Positions 40,499 through 50,969 of a DNA stretch of 64,000 nt are shown here, one piece after another. Under the pieces are notes generated by a model. It was not told the origin of the DNA. It saw only the letters and a program-made list of their open reading frames with translations, and did no database searches. The DNA lies in contig CAWHAA010000004.1 of the NCBI GenBank assembly GCA_963827275.1, positions 128,001-192,000 on the forward strand, read 5' to 3'. The stretch's first letter is position 1; every line of letters begins with the position of its first letter. Made by a program: the position numbers and the translations under genes. This stretch comes from an uncultured Spirochaetota bacterium. GTDB taxonomy: Bacteria; Spirochaetota; UBA4802; UBA5550.

Positions 40499-41392
40499 TC
40501 AGGTGAAGCGCAGGGGGTACGGCTTCCTGAGGGCGTGCCGTTCGAAGCCGGCATCGGGATACCCGAGCGCGAGGACCGCATGGACCCTGTTGCCGCTACG
40601 GATGCCGAGATAACGCCGGATCGCGGCGCTCCTGTTGATCGATTCGACCGCATACCCGATATAGCAGGTGCCCAGGCCGAGGGCGTGGGCCAGGAGCGTG
40701 ATGTTATACGAGGCGTACTGCGCATCTTCGACAGGCGTGCTACCGCCCATTCCGCCGTGCACGATGATGAGGGCCGGGGCGGAATGAAAAAGGAGGTCGT
40801 TGCCCGCATCGGATTCGCGGATCGCCATCTCCACGCTTTCCATGTGGTCCCGGTAATACCGGAGAAGGGCGGTCCCCGCTACCGGCACAGAGAGGTAGCG
40901 GAGAGCGGGGTTCTTCGCGATCCGGTTCAGCCTGACAAAGAATTTTTTTATTTCCAGGGCCAGGTCCCACACTCTGTCGCGGCCGTTGACGGCGAGAAAC
41001 TCCCACTCCTGGCAGTTGCTCCCGGACGGCGCGGTGACGGCGAAGGCGACGAGGTCCGCGATGACATCGTCCTTCACGGGGTCCGGCCTGAATCTCCTCA
41101 CGCTCCTGCGGGAGCGGACGAAATTGACGAGGTCTGCGGGGCTGTCGGAGCCGGGAGAGCGCACCGTTTCGGTATACGCGAACGTTCGAAATACGGGGCG
41201 TGCGAGGAGCCCGGGGTCAAACCGGATCGCGTCGAACCGGCACACCGCATAGCAGTGGGAGCAGAGCATGCATTCCTCCCCGGTGGTGGCGATTGATCCG
41301 TCGCGTAATGCGAGGACCCGCTTCGGACATATCTCGACGCACCGTCCGCACAGGGTGCACCGCTCGTGGTCGATACTCGGAGCGTTGATCAT
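40499..41392 (-). CDS. Nitroreductase family protein with N-terminal 2x[4Fe-4S] domain
   Basis: CTLCGRCVEICP, CMLCSHCYAVC, RRSVRRF, APSGSNCQ and GLGTCYIG. Confidence 0.93.
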   Translation of the reverse strand: MINAPSIDHERCTLCGRCVEICPKRVLALRDGSIATTGEECMLCSHCYAVCRFDAIRFDPGLLARPVFRTFAYTETVRSPGSDSPADLVNFVRSRRSVRRFRPDPVKDDVIADLVAFAVTAPSGSNCQEWEFLAVNGRDRVWDLALEIKKFFVRLNRIAKNPALRYLSVPVAGTALLRYYRDHMESVEMAIRESDAGNDLLFHSAPALIIVHGGMGGSTPVEDAQYASYNITLLAHALGLGTCYIGYAVESINRSAAIRRYLGIRSGNRVHAVLALGYPDAGFERHALRKPYPLRFT

Positions 41393-41663
41393 ACGTGTTG
41401 TCCTTTTAATTGAAGCAGCCGATACTGGCCCGGCTCTCCAGTAATATTTTCCCGCCGACGATTAATGCGGGGGATGTTCACTAGTGTGGAGTGAAACGCC
41501 GGCGGGCGAATTCTGTCAATGTATATTATGCTGTCTACGCCGGAGGCTCCGGGTGCACGCCCGGTAATAAATTTATCTTCAGGTAAATAATCCTCGACAT
41601 AAAAATCCGTCGTATATCTTCTGGTACCAGTGTGCAGGGGGAAGATTCGGACCGGGGACAGCG

Positions 41664-42764
41664 ATGGAAAGCGGCCTTCAACTGCGTGCCGATTGGATCG
41701 GGGAGTTTGCGGATTCGTGCCTTTCTGAAATCGCATCGGCTTCTTCAAAAATTGAGGCGCTCGAACTGGTCGCCAGCCTGGTGTCGCCCAGCATCGACGA
41801 GTACCGCCGCGCAGTCCTTGCGGACCCTGATGAAATATCCCTGAATTTTGTCGATCTCCTCGATCAGGTCGTGTTCGAGCTTGCCGAAAATGACGGCTCC
41901 GATGCCTCGGTGCGGGAATATATCATCGACGACCTCTACGCCCGGCTCAGGGTGTATATTGATGTCTTCATCGGCCGCGAAACATATTCTGCGGGGCTTA
42001 AAAAGAGATACATTACCCGCGAGGACACGATTGTCATACGCCAGTGCGGCATGGATGAATTCATCCCGCTTTTAATGATCGAATATAATGAACAGCCGGC
42101 GTTGCAGCGCCCCATACTGCGCGCGCTCCTTTCTTTTGAACGGGACGAGCTGCTGAATTTTTACTATGATATTGCAAAGGAGTCCGATGCGTCCGAGATC
42201 AGGGCGCTGTCGCTTGTCGGGTTGAAGAAGTTCGGGACGAAGTTCCGGCACTGGCGGCAGCTTGCCTCGGACGACGAGGGGTACCTCCAAATGATTGCCT
42301 GCGCCGAATCATTTGACACCGCATCCGTGGAGGCGAACGGGCTCCCGCGCGATCTTCCGGCGTTCATGTTTGTCCTGCACTATATCGAAAGCCATATCGA
42401 TGCGATGCCGTCCCCTGCCTCCCTTGCCTGGGTGCTGGAGGCGCTCCACTCGCTCCTCCGGATCGGGTACTATAATTCGTCGCTCCCCGCCATATACTCT
42501 TCCGTCTGCCATATCCTCGTGTTCGCCCGAGCGGACGCGCTGCGGCAGGTCCTCCTTGACGACAACCGGGTAAAACAGCTGCTTGAGCTCGTTGACTTCC
42601 TCCCCAGGGAGATGTTTGAGCGCATTGTGCCGAAGCTTGCCCTGATGGGCGATTCTTTCATACACCGCGTGCACGGGATGGTGGGTGCGGGCAAGGTCAA
42701 GTTTGACGAACGGGAATCCAATACCCTGAGCTACATACTCTGGAAGACCGGGAGCGCCCTGTAG
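41664..42764 (+). CDS. Hypothetical alpha-helical protein
   Basis: 366-aa ORF with host-like codon usage and no recognisable motif. Confidence 0.75.
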   Translation: MESGLQLRADWIGEFADSCLSEIASASSKIEALELVASLVSPSIDEYRRAVLADPDEISLNFVDLLDQVVFELAENDGSDASVREYIIDDLYARLRVYIDVFIGRETYSAGLKKRYITREDTIVIRQCGMDEFIPLLMIEYNEQPALQRPILRALLSFERDELLNFYYDIAKESDASEIRALSLVGLKKFGTKFRHWRQLASDDEGYLQMIACAESFDTASVEANGLPRDLPAFMFVLHYIESHIDAMPSPASLAWVLEALHSLLRIGYYNSSLPAIYSSVCHILVFARADALRQVLLDDNRVKQLLELVDFLPREMFERIVPKLALMGDSFIHRVHGMVGAGKVKFDERESNTLSYILWKTGSAL

Positions 42765-42792
42765 CGGTCACCGCGCGCAGGAAGGCCCGGGA

Positions 42793-43242
42793 TCAAAAGA
42801 GCTTCCCGCTGTCCAGCAGGATCGTCACCGGCCCGTCATTGACGAGCGAGACGCTCATGTCAGCCCCGAACACGCCGGATTTCGTTTTCGCGTGGAGCGA
42901 CCTGCACCGATCAACGAATGCGCTGAAAACATCACGCGCCTTTACGGGGTCCATGGCGGCGGAATACGACGGGCGCTTCCCCCTCCGCATGTCCCCGTAC
43001 AGGGTAAACTGGGAAATGAGCAGGACCTCTCCGCCGGTATCGGCAACTGAACGGTTCATCACGCCGTCGGCGTCATCGAATATGCGGGCGCCGAGGATCT
43101 TGTTGAGTATGTACTCAATGTCCTGTTCGGTGTCCGTGGCATGCAGCGCGGCGAGGACAAGGATGCCGCTCCCGATGGATGCGACCTCCTTCCCCCCGAC
43201 CCGGACGGAGGCCTCCAGGACCCGCTGGATAACCGCGCGCAT
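42793..43242 (-). CDS. dtd: D-aminoacyl-tRNA deacylase
   Basis: MRAVIQRV, SQFTL and NDGPVT. Confidence 0.97.
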   Translation of the reverse strand: MRAVIQRVLEASVRVGGKEVASIGSGILVLAALHATDTEQDIEYILNKILGARIFDDADGVMNRSVADTGGEVLLISQFTLYGDMRRGKRPSYSAAMDPVKARDVFSAFVDRCRSLHAKTKSGVFGADMSVSLVNDGPVTILLDSGKLF

Positions 43243-43252
43243 CGGACGGACC

Positions 43253-43570
43253 CTATTTTGCGAGCTTCTGTTTAAGCACCGCTTCCGGCTGCACCCCTAC
43301 CATGCGCTCGACCTCGGCCCCTCCCTTCATGAGGATGAGGGTGGGGATGGACGATATCCCGAATTTCTGCGCGATATCCGGGTTCTCGTCCGTGTTGATT
43401 TTTACGATCGACGCCTGGATCTCCGGGGACTGCGCCAGCTTCTCAAGAATCGGGGTCTGCATTTTGCAGGGGCCGCACCAGGGGGCCCAGAAATCTATCA
43501 AAACCGTCTTATCGGATTTTGTCACCACAGTGTCGAAATTGGAACCGTTGACCTCGATCAGCTTTCCCAT
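43253..43570 (-). CDS. trxA: Thioredoxin
   Basis: DFWAPWCGPC and SIPTL. Confidence 0.96.
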   Translation of the reverse strand: MGKLIEVNGSNFDTVVTKSDKTVLIDFWAPWCGPCKMQTPILEKLAQSPEIQASIVKINTDENPDIAQKFGISSIPTLILMKGGAEVERMVGVQPEAVLKQKLAK

Positions 43571-43773
43571 AGCTGCCTCCGTAGAATTTTCATTTGTTCA
43601 CGCATAGCATTAATATGTCACATCAGTCCACTATTTTTTTGATTATAGATCGTCAAAATTGCCGATACTGGAAATGGCGCGGTATCCGCGGCTCTTCCCG
43701 CCGCCGTAAGGCGGTGAAACGGCGGGAATGCCGCCCCGGGCGTCGCCGGTAATACTATTTTCGAGGTAACACT

Positions 43774-44427
43774 ATGAAGCGGCTGTTTTTTATCATGATT
43801 ATATGCATCTTCGTATCCGCGAACGGGCAGGAAAAGAAAGAGAGCAGGACCATTGCCGCAATCGCCAATGGATATGAGTCCATATCATGGGGCGCGAAGC
43901 TTTCTGACGCGAGGGACAAGATCAAGGGAAAGCTGGTTTTCTCGGATGACAAGAGCGTCATCATTTCAAAGGACGGCGACCTCGAATACTACTATGGCTT
44001 TTTTTATGTCGATCCCGCCCAGGCCGGCGCGTATGAAGCCGCTGAAGCGGCGAAGAAGGACGCGGAGAAAAAAGAAGCCGAAAAGAAGACCACCGGCGCG
44101 GCAGCGGCTGATGCGGAAAAAGTCGATGAGGGAACGCTCTTCTATGTCGCGCTGAAGTTCCCGTATCTCTCCATGGAGGAAGTGAGGAAGAAGATCGAGG
44201 ACAGGTATGGCGCGCCCACGAATGAAAATCTTCACAAGATGCAGGGCGCGGTTGCATGGAACGGGGAGAGCACCATCATCATCATGTGGGTCGATCGGTA
44301 CGAGGAACGGCCCTTTTGCAGAAGGATCACCTACGTTGACAAGAAAATAACCAAAGAGTTGAGCGATTACCAGTTCAAGGTTTTCAACAGGGTTGAGCTT
44401 GCCATTTTGAAGCAACTGGGATTATAG
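43774..44427 (+). CDS. Secreted hypothetical protein
   Basis: GAGGT RBS, signal peptide and an internal Ala/Lys/Glu-rich linker. Confidence 0.75.
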   Translation: MKRLFFIMIICIFVSANGQEKKESRTIAAIANGYESISWGAKLSDARDKIKGKLVFSDDKSVIISKDGDLEYYYGFFYVDPAQAGAYEAAEAAKKDAEKKEAEKKTTGAAAADAEKVDEGTLFYVALKFPYLSMEEVRKKIEDRYGAPTNENLHKMQGAVAWNGESTIIIMWVDRYEERPFCRRITYVDKKITKELSDYQFKVFNRVELAILKQLGL

Positions 44428-44455
44428 CGTGGGGCGGTCGTATAAGCTGTTTGAA

Positions 44456-44513
44456 TCCCCCAAAGGGGGACGGTATGAAGCAAAAATCGCTTACAAGCCC
44501 CCCTTCTGGGGGG
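44456..44513. repeat. Pair of C5/G5 palindromes (REP-like)
   Basis: TCCCCC-AAA-GGGGGA and CCCCCC-TTCT-GGGGGG, 27 bp apart in an intergenic region. Confidence 0.55.
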
Positions 44514-44745
44514 TGCAATAGACATTCAGGTCGGCCCTGTTAAAGATATTCGTTTTTTTGATGCGTGTGCATCCCTTCCGATGTTTCCATTATTAAGAAT
44601 CCTGATAAGACCCTTGTTCCTGCTCTATTAAAAGTAGAGGGATCCATACTTACTGGAAGGAATTTGAGAATTATATAAAAAATTAATAATCTGAAACTTT
44701 ATCTCTTTTTCGAGTGTCCAATTAGTAGAATGAGGAGGAATAATC

Positions 44746-45054
44746 ATGAAAAAGATAGCACATATAACAGGTTTCTTAACCATGCTGCCGGCGCTTGCCA
44801 TGGCACGCCCCTGGAACGGAGGGCCCTGTGATTTTGGCATGCATGGATATTTCGGTTACGGAGGAGGAATTGTCATGTGGGTGCTTACGATAGCGGTCCT
44901 TGGATTTCTGGTCTTTTTTGGCATCAGGATGTATAAAAATCAGCAGGGTGCCGGCGTGGCGGGGGACGACCCCATGAAGGTATTGAAGACCCGGTACGCG
45001 AAAGGCGAAATAACCAGGGAAGAATTTGAGAGCATGAAGAAAGATATTCAGTAG
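44746..45054 (+). CDS. SHOCT domain-containing membrane protein
   Basis: GAGGAGG RBS, TM helix and LKTRYAKGEITREEFE. Confidence 0.88.
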   Translation: MKKIAHITGFLTMLPALAMARPWNGGPCDFGMHGYFGYGGGIVMWVLTIAVLGFLVFFGIRMYKNQQGAGVAGDDPMKVLKTRYAKGEITREEFESMKKDIQ

Positions 45055-45091
45055 CAATATCTTCGCTGCTCAGCGGTTATGCTACGGCTGC

Positions 45092-48000
45092 CTAGCAATG
45101 GCTGATGAAGACCGGCACCAGGCCAATTCCATCAGAGAGGGAATCCAGCGCCTTCCCTACAACTGTCCCGATTTTATCCAGGGTATCGATGGTGCCCGGC
45201 ATGCCGCTCCCCGGCGTATCGGAGGTGACCACCAGGTCGCCGGGGCGTACCGGCCCCTTCCGCGCATCGAGCTTGCACAGGACAGTGCCTGCAAGGGCTA
45301 CCGGGTACACCTTCACCTCTTTCCCGCTGTTGTTGATCAGCAGCGCGGGATTGCCCGAAACGACGCCGATGACCGACCGGCTGTATTCGGTCCGCGAGCG
45401 TGATAGTATGGATTTACCCGCATCGCTGACCACGAGGAGGTCGCCCGGCATGACATATTCCGCGTCATCCACCTCAAACAATTCAACAAGGTTCGCGGGG
45501 AATTTTTCCTGGTCGCCCGTCGCGGTGTTCTGTACGATTATTTTTCCGTTAAACACCGATTTCCCGTTCACGAGGAGGGCATCGCCGTTGCCCGCAAGGT
45601 CGACCGAGCCGTCGTAGTGCTTGATCTTCCCGAAACCGTCTGCCACGAGCGAAAAATCATGCTCGCTGGCGAAGACACCCCCGGCGCCGAAGCGTGACAG
45701 GCCTATGACCCCGCACCCCCCGCCCGATTTTTTATCTCCGCCTGATGACTGGCCGCGCACGCCGATATGGGCGCTGTGCCCCAGCACGCCGTATGAATGG
45801 CTCCATCCCGCTGCCGATATTCCCGCGATGCCCGTGACCCCGACAGAGCCTGATTCGGAGGAGTCGTTTTTCGCGTATATGATCGCGGAATCGCCCGGCG
45901 GCGGGGTAATCTGAGAGAACGGCTCGTGCCTGCTGCCGTGAACCGAGATTGTCCCGGCGTGGCTGCTGAAATCATGCGTGACCGGGGCGTAGTCATGGGT
46001 GTGCGGGAGCGGCGTGCGCGCGTCGTCGAGACGGGGGTCGGTTGACTGCACCGCGCATCCGGGTTTTGCTTCGTTGTTCCGGGCCAGGGCCACGATTCCC
46101 GCCGCCGTTTCGGTCGCCGGTTTGAGCCGCCGGTCATTCCCCTGCACCGCGACACCCGGAGCGTCTTCGCCGTCCTCTGCGAGCTCGACGATGCCCTTGG
46201 CTGCGGTGGTGGCGTCCTTGAGGCGCTTGTCGCTGCCCTGGACGGCGACGCCGGCTTTTGTTTCGCCGTCTTCTGCGAGCTCGACGATGCCCTTTGCGGT
46301 GGTGGTGGCGTCCTTGAGTCGCTTGTCGTTGCCCTGGACCGCGACGCCGGCTTTTGTTTCGCCGTCCTCTGCGAGCTCGACGATGCCCTTGGCGGCGGTG
46401 GTGGCGTCCTTGAGGCGCTTGTCGCTGCCCTGGACGGCGACGCCGGCTTTTGTTTCGCCGTCCTCCGCGAGCTCGACGATGCCCTTGGCGGCGGTGGTGG
46501 CGTCCTTGAGGCGCTTGTCGTTGCCCTGCACGACGACGCCGGGGCTTACTTCGCCGTCCTCTGCGAGCTCGACGATGCCCTTTGCGGTGGTGGCGGCGTC
46601 CTTGAGTCGCCTGTCGCTGCCCTGGACGGCGACGCCGGCTTTTGTTTCGCCGTCCTCTGCGAGCTCGACGATGCCCTTGGCGGTGGTGGTGGCGTCCCTG
46701 AGGCGCTTGTCGCTGCCCTGGACGGCGACGCCGGCTTTTGTTTCGCCGTCCTCTGCGAGCTCGACGATGCCCTTTGCGGCGGTGGTGGCGTCCCTGAGGC
46801 GCTTGTCGCTGCCCTGGACGGCGACGCCGGCTTTTGTTTCGCCGTCCTCTGCGAGCTCGACGATGCCCTTTGCGGCGGTGGTGGCGTCCCTGAGGCGCTT
46901 GTCGCTGCCCTGGACGGCGACGCCGGCTTTTATTTCGCCGTCCTCTGCGAGCTCGACGATGCCCTTTGCGGCGGTGGTGGCGTCCCTGAGGCGCTTGTCG
47001 CTGCCCTGGACGGCGACGCCCGGCGCGTCTTCACCGTCCTCTGCGAGCTCGACGATGCCTTTATATACGGTAGCGGCCTCCCGAAGCCGCCGGTCGTTTG
47101 CCTGCACCACGGTGCCCGCGGTGTCCGTTCCGTCCGCGGCGAGCTTGCAGATGCCGAACGACTCAACGGTCGCCTTGTGGAGCCGGGGGTCATTACCGGT
47201 TACGGCGGCGTTCTCCTTGTACATCCCGTCGGGGCAGAGCTTGACGATGCCGAAATTATCGGTGCCTGCCTCCTTGAGGCGTGAATCGTTTCCCTGCACG
47301 GCGACGCCCGGCTTTGTCTCGCGGTTGTGCGCGAGCCGGACAATGCCCGGCTTCAGGTCAGTGGCGGCTTTCAGGCGGGTGTCGGACGCCTGGACGGCGA
47401 GTCCTTTGTCAGTCTCCCCGTCATCGGCCAGGCGGACGATGCCCTTGAAGACCGTGGTCGCGTCGCGGAGACGCCGGTCGTTGCCCTGCACGACGGTGCC
47501 GGGCGAATCGTCGCAGTCTTTGGCGAGGCGGACGATGCCTGCCTGGAAGATGGAGGAGTAGGGGGTCAGGTCGCCGATGTTATGGGTGTGAAAAGGATTG
47601 AAGGGCGCGGCCGATATCTCCAGGTCCGCGATTCTTATTGAATATTTGCCGTCCGTTTGCTTCAGCCCTTTTGTCTCGATGCGGATGAACCGCGCCGGCC
47701 TGATGTCGGTGTTCCAGAAATATTTTTTCGATACCTGCGACTTGAAGTTTTTCTCTTCAAGGAGCGGCAGCCACACGTTGTTGTCAGAGCTGGTCTCGAT
47801 AAAAAAGCTTTCGGGGAAGCCCTGCTGTGCCGACCCGAGTATGATCCGGTTCACGTGGAAGATCTTGCCCATGTCGATAAAGAGGGACTCCTTGGTCGCG
47901 TGTGTTTTCGGCTCCGATTCCCAGAACGAATCCACGCTCTCCGGAAAAAGGTTCTCCGGCCCGCGCGACGGCGACGACGCGCTGCTTGCCCTGATCTCGC

Positions 48001-48451
48001 TGACGCCGGCGATCCCGGTGCGCACGCGCCCGATCTCCGAGAAATATTTTCCCTCGTTCTGCTGCGAGGCGATGATGAGTATCTTCAGGTAGCGCAGGAG
48101 CGTCAGGGGTATGTCGAGCCGGTAGGTGTCGGTGTCGAGCACCAGCTTCCTTTCCAGATGGATGACCATCCAGTTGTCGCCGTCGAGGCTTCCCTCAAAG
48201 CGTATGTCGCGGGGGAAGGTCCTGGCCCCGTTGGGCGATGCCGCCATCTCAATATAGTCGACGGTCACCTCTTTGTGAAAATCAAGGACGATGTACTCGA
48301 CGATGTTTTCGTCGCTCTTCCTGCTGCACCAATGGCCCCCGTCGCGGAGGACATTGAAGACCGAAAAGGACTCATGCTGCTCGCTCGATACGGCGTGTAC
48401 CTTTGACGCGTGGTCCTGCTTGTGGCTGATGTTGATGTATTCCATTACCAT
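45092..48451 (-). CDS. Discoidin-domain protein with phage tail-fibre-like repeats and a C-terminal chaperone/peptidase G2-like domain
   Basis: Two F5/8-type-C-like domains, 16 x 32-aa repeats, an HTH(D) motif, and C-terminal VIGVVS..P / VALAGTV / GPVRPGDLVVTS. Confidence 0.85.
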   Translation of the reverse strand: MVMEYINISHKQDHASKVHAVSSEQHESFSVFNVLRDGGHWCSRKSDENIVEYIVLDFHKEVTVDYIEMAASPNGARTFPRDIRFEGSLDGDNWMVIHLERKLVLDTDTYRLDIPLTLLRYLKILIIASQQNEGKYFSEIGRVRTGIAGVSEIRASSASSPSRGPENLFPESVDSFWESEPKTHATKESLFIDMGKIFHVNRIILGSAQQGFPESFFIETSSDNNVWLPLLEEKNFKSQVSKKYFWNTDIRPARFIRIETKGLKQTDGKYSIRIADLEISAAPFNPFHTHNIGDLTPYSSIFQAGIVRLAKDCDDSPGTVVQGNDRRLRDATTVFKGIVRLADDGETDKGLAVQASDTRLKAATDLKPGIVRLAHNRETKPGVAVQGNDSRLKEAGTDNFGIVKLCPDGMYKENAAVTGNDPRLHKATVESFGICKLAADGTDTAGTVVQANDRRLREAATVYKGIVELAEDGEDAPGVAVQGSDKRLRDATTAAKGIVELAEDGEIKAGVAVQGSDKRLRDATTAAKGIVELAEDGETKAGVAVQGSDKRLRDATTAAKGIVELAEDGETKAGVAVQGSDKRLRDATTTAKGIVELAEDGETKAGVAVQGSDRRLKDAATTAKGIVELAEDGEVSPGVVVQGNDKRLKDATTAAKGIVELAEDGETKAGVAVQGSDKRLKDATTAAKGIVELAEDGETKAGVAVQGNDKRLKDATTTAKGIVELAEDGETKAGVAVQGSDKRLKDATTAAKGIVELAEDGEDAPGVAVQGNDRRLKPATETAAGIVALARNNEAKPGCAVQSTDPRLDDARTPLPHTHDYAPVTHDFSSHAGTISVHGSRHEPFSQITPPPGDSAIIYAKNDSSESGSVGVTGIAGISAAGWSHSYGVLGHSAHIGVRGQSSGGDKKSGGGCGVIGLSRFGAGGVFASEHDFSLVADGFGKIKHYDGSVDLAGNGDALLVNGKSVFNGKIIVQNTATGDQEKFPANLVELFEVDDAEYVMPGDLLVVSDAGKSILSRSRTEYSRSVIGVVSGNPALLINNSGKEVKVYPVALAGTVLCKLDARKGPVRPGDLVVTSDTPGSGMPGTIDTLDKIGTVVGKALDSLSDGIGLVPVFISHC
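46024..47559 (-). repeat. Intragenic tandem repeat, 16 x 96 bp
   Basis: Unit DATTAAKGIVELAEDGETKAGVAVQGSDKRL(R/K). About 10 central copies are nearly identical at DNA level. Confidence 0.95.
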
Positions 48452-48677
48452 ACCTGGCTGAAATTATAAAATATGCAGGGGCGGAGCGGGGCTCCCGCAT
48501 CCCCCGCCGGGAGATTCCCGGAAATTCATGAATGATGTTATAGTAAGCTGCAATGGCGGAGAGTCTGTCAAATATTTTATTCTTATCAAAAAATGTACGC
48601 GGCGGCAGGTTCAGGCAGAGGCCATCCCGCTCGCCGGGATAAGCCCCGCCTGTCCATACTCCCGGCGGGCCGCGTAC

Positions 48678-49040
48678 TCAATCCGGGTCATTGTAGCCGC
48701 ACCCTTCGTAGGGCGAGAGGGGCCCTTCCCGGTCAAGGTGCGTTACCTCGTCATAATAGGGAAAGTCGCGGCACATGCGCGGGCGGTACGGGTGGATCGA
48801 ACAGGTCGGCGTGCCCGCCGCGTCGACGGTATAATGGCTGCAGTGGTAGTGATAGGGAAGGTCCTCTTCCTGGTTCTCGTACTTGAATTTCAGCATCGGA
48901 AAGATCAGGTAGATTTCGGAAAAGTCGGGGTCCACCCTGGCGGATTTTTTCCAGAATTCATACGCCGTCCGGAGTAGTTCCGGCGATTCGGCAAGCCGCA
49001 CGTCCTGGCAGCAATAACCCCGCCTTTTGCACTGTCCCAT
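48678..49040 (-). CDS. YkgJ-like Cys-cluster protein
   Basis: CKRRGYCC, C, and CSIHPYRPRMCRDFP. ATG at 49040 after AAGGA. Confidence 0.8.
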   Translation of the reverse strand: MGQCKRRGYCCQDVRLAESPELLRTAYEFWKKSARVDPDFSEIYLIFPMLKFKYENQEEDLPYHYHCSHYTVDAAGTPTCSIHPYRPRMCRDFPYYDEVTHLDREGPLSPYEGCGYNDPD

Positions 49041-49189
49041 GTATGTTTTCCTTTTTAAATTAATATCAAATCTGTAAATGCTTGACAAAATATGCAATTA
49101 AATAATTCAAATAAAGGAAGAAATCGGCACCCAGCCGTCGCCCCGGAGCGGGGCATCCAGCGAAAAAATAATAGGGAGTTGAACGATAT

Positions 49190-50677
49190 ATGGACGGATT
49201 TTCCGCAGAAGAGATATTTACCAAGGAAAACGGTTTCGCGTACAATGATTTCATCATACTTCCCGGCTACATCGATTTCGCGCCGGAAGAGGTCATCCTT
49301 GAATCGAGCCTGACCAGGAACATCCGCATCAAGAACCCGCTGGTATCGAGCCCCATGGACACGGTGACCGAATCGAAGATGGCCATCACGCTGGCGCTGC
49401 AGGGCGGCCTCGGCATCATCCATTACAACAACACCATCGAGGAACAGGCCGAACAGGTGCGGAAGGTGAAGCGCTTCGAAAACGGCTTCATCAACGATCC
49501 CATCGTCCTGTCGCCCGGCAACACCCTTGCAGACATCGACGCCATACATGACAAATACGGCTTTTCCGGCATCCCGATCACCGAGGACGGGAAGCTCAAT
49601 TCCCTGCTCCTTGGCATCGTGACCAACCGTGACATCGATTTTGAAACGGACCGGACAAAAAAGCTCGGCGAGGTCATGACCACGGACCTCGTCACGGCGA
49701 AAAAGGGGATCACCCTGGACCAGGCGAACCAGATCCTGAAGAACTCGAAGAAGGGGAAGCTCCCCATCGTTGATGACCGCGGCAGGCTCATCGCGCTCAT
49801 GTCGCGGAAAGACCTGCTGAAGAACAGGGAATACCCGCTGGCCTCGAAGGACCCGCGGAAGCAGCTGATGGTCGGCGCGGCCCTCTCGACCCGGGAAGAG
49901 TCGCGCGAACGGCTCGCCGCGCTCGTGGAGGCGGGCGTTGACATCGTCGTGGTGGACGCGGCGCAGGGCAATTCGGTCTACGAAGTGGAGATGATAAAAT
50001 ACATCAAGAAAAAATATCCCCATATAGAGGTCGTGGGCGGCAACGTGGTCACCGAGGAACAGTGCGAGGTCCTGATCAAGGCGGGGGCCGATGCGCTGCG
50101 GATCGGCATGGGCCCCGGCTCCATCTGCACCACCCAGACCACCATGGCGGTCGGGCGCGCGCAGGCCACCGCCGTATTCCGCACCGCGCGGTACGCGCGC
50201 CGGCATTCTGTCCCGGTGATCGCGGACGGCGGCATCTCGACCATCGGCCATATCGCCAAGGCGCTTTCGCTGGGCGCGTCGATGGTGATGATGGGCTCGA
50301 TGTTCGCGGGGACGAACGAGGCGCCGGGCGAATACTTCTACGAGAACGGCGTGCGGCTCAAGAAATACCGGGGCATGGCGTCGCAGGAGGCGCTGGAGGC
50401 CGGCGGCGCCAAGCGCTATTTTGCAGAGGACTCGAAGATAAAGGTCGTGCAGGGCGTTTCAGGAGCGGTCATGGACAAGGGCTCCATGTTCGAATACGTA
50501 CCCTACCTCATCCAGGGGCTCAAGCACTCCCTCCAGGACATGGGGTGCAGGGAGATCTCCACGCTGCATGAGAAGCTCCATTCCGGGAAGCTCCGGTTCG
50601 AGCTGCGGTCGCCGTCCGCGCAGCTCGAGGGCGGCGTGCACGACATGTATTCCTACAAGGAGCCGAAGTACATGTAG
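49190..50677 (+). CDS. guaB: IMP dehydrogenase
   Basis: [12 protein letters not shown] pair, [16 protein letters not shown] and YRGM. Confidence 0.98.
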   Translation: MDGFSAEEIFTKENGFAYNDFIILPGYIDFAPEEVILESSLTRNIRIKNPLVSSPMDTVTESKMAITLALQGGLGIIHYNNTIEEQAEQVRKVKRFENGFINDPIVLSPGNTLADIDAIHDKYGFSGIPITEDGKLNSLLLGIVTNRDIDFETDRTKKLGEVMTTDLVTAKKGITLDQANQILKNSKKGKLPIVDDRGRLIALMSRKDLLKNREYPLASKDPRKQLMVGAALSTREESRERLAALVEAGVDIVVVDAAQGNSVYEVEMIKYIKKKYPHIEVVGGNVVTEEQCEVLIKAGADALRIGMGPGSICTTQTTMAVGRAQATAVFRTARYARRHSVPVIADGGISTIGHIAKALSLGASMVMMGSMFAGTNEAPGEYFYENGVRLKKYRGMASQEALEAGGAKRYFAEDSKIKVVQGVSGAVMDKGSMFEYVPYLIQGLKHSLQDMGCREISTLHEKLHSGKLRFELRSPSAQLEGGVHDMYSYKEPKYM

Positions 50678-50738
50678 AAGGCGCGGTCACCCGACCGCGC
50701 CCCCGCCCCCCGGCGTGCGTGTGTCAAGGGGCTGAACT

Positions 50739-50812
50739 CCCCCCTGTCCCCCACAGGGGGCACGAATGAAGGAGCTGAAAACCCCCCTGTCCCCCGAAGG
50801 GGGCACGAATGA
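50739..50812 (+). repeat. Two tandem REP-like units (43-bp period)
   Basis: CCCCCCTGTCCCCC-ACA/GAA-GGGGGCACGAATGA at 50739 and 50782. Confidence 0.9.
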
Positions 50813-50959
50813 GAGGGGCTGATTGTAAAGGAATATGATGAATACCGTGACGGTTTTATGAAAAGTCTGGGAATCAGAACATTAAGGTGCCATAATGAAG
50901 AAGTCATGAAAGATCTCGATTTAGTTATTGATAGGATCAAGAAAGAGTTATTAGTATAA
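50813..50959 (+). pseudogene. C-terminal remnant of a DUF559 (Vsr-like) endonuclease gene
   Basis: Frame without a usable start: KEYDEYRDGFMKSLGIRTLRCHNEEVMKDLDLVIDRIKKELLV*, matching the D..RD..L...G..vLR..N.eV..dl..V pattern. AT-rich. Confidence 0.75.
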
Positions 50960-50969
50960 GCATGATGAA

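Noticed and set aside
43696..43729. Structured ncRNA (TTCCCGCCG...CGGCGGGAA hairpin)
   Set aside because: A single GC-rich hairpin between divergent genes with no further support.
46024..47559. CRISPR array
   Set aside because: The units are contiguous 96-bp in-frame coding repeats with no unique spacers, and there are no cas genes.
45092..48451. Prophage remnant
   Set aside because: No other phage genes; the gene is intact, has host-like composition and sits among housekeeping genes.
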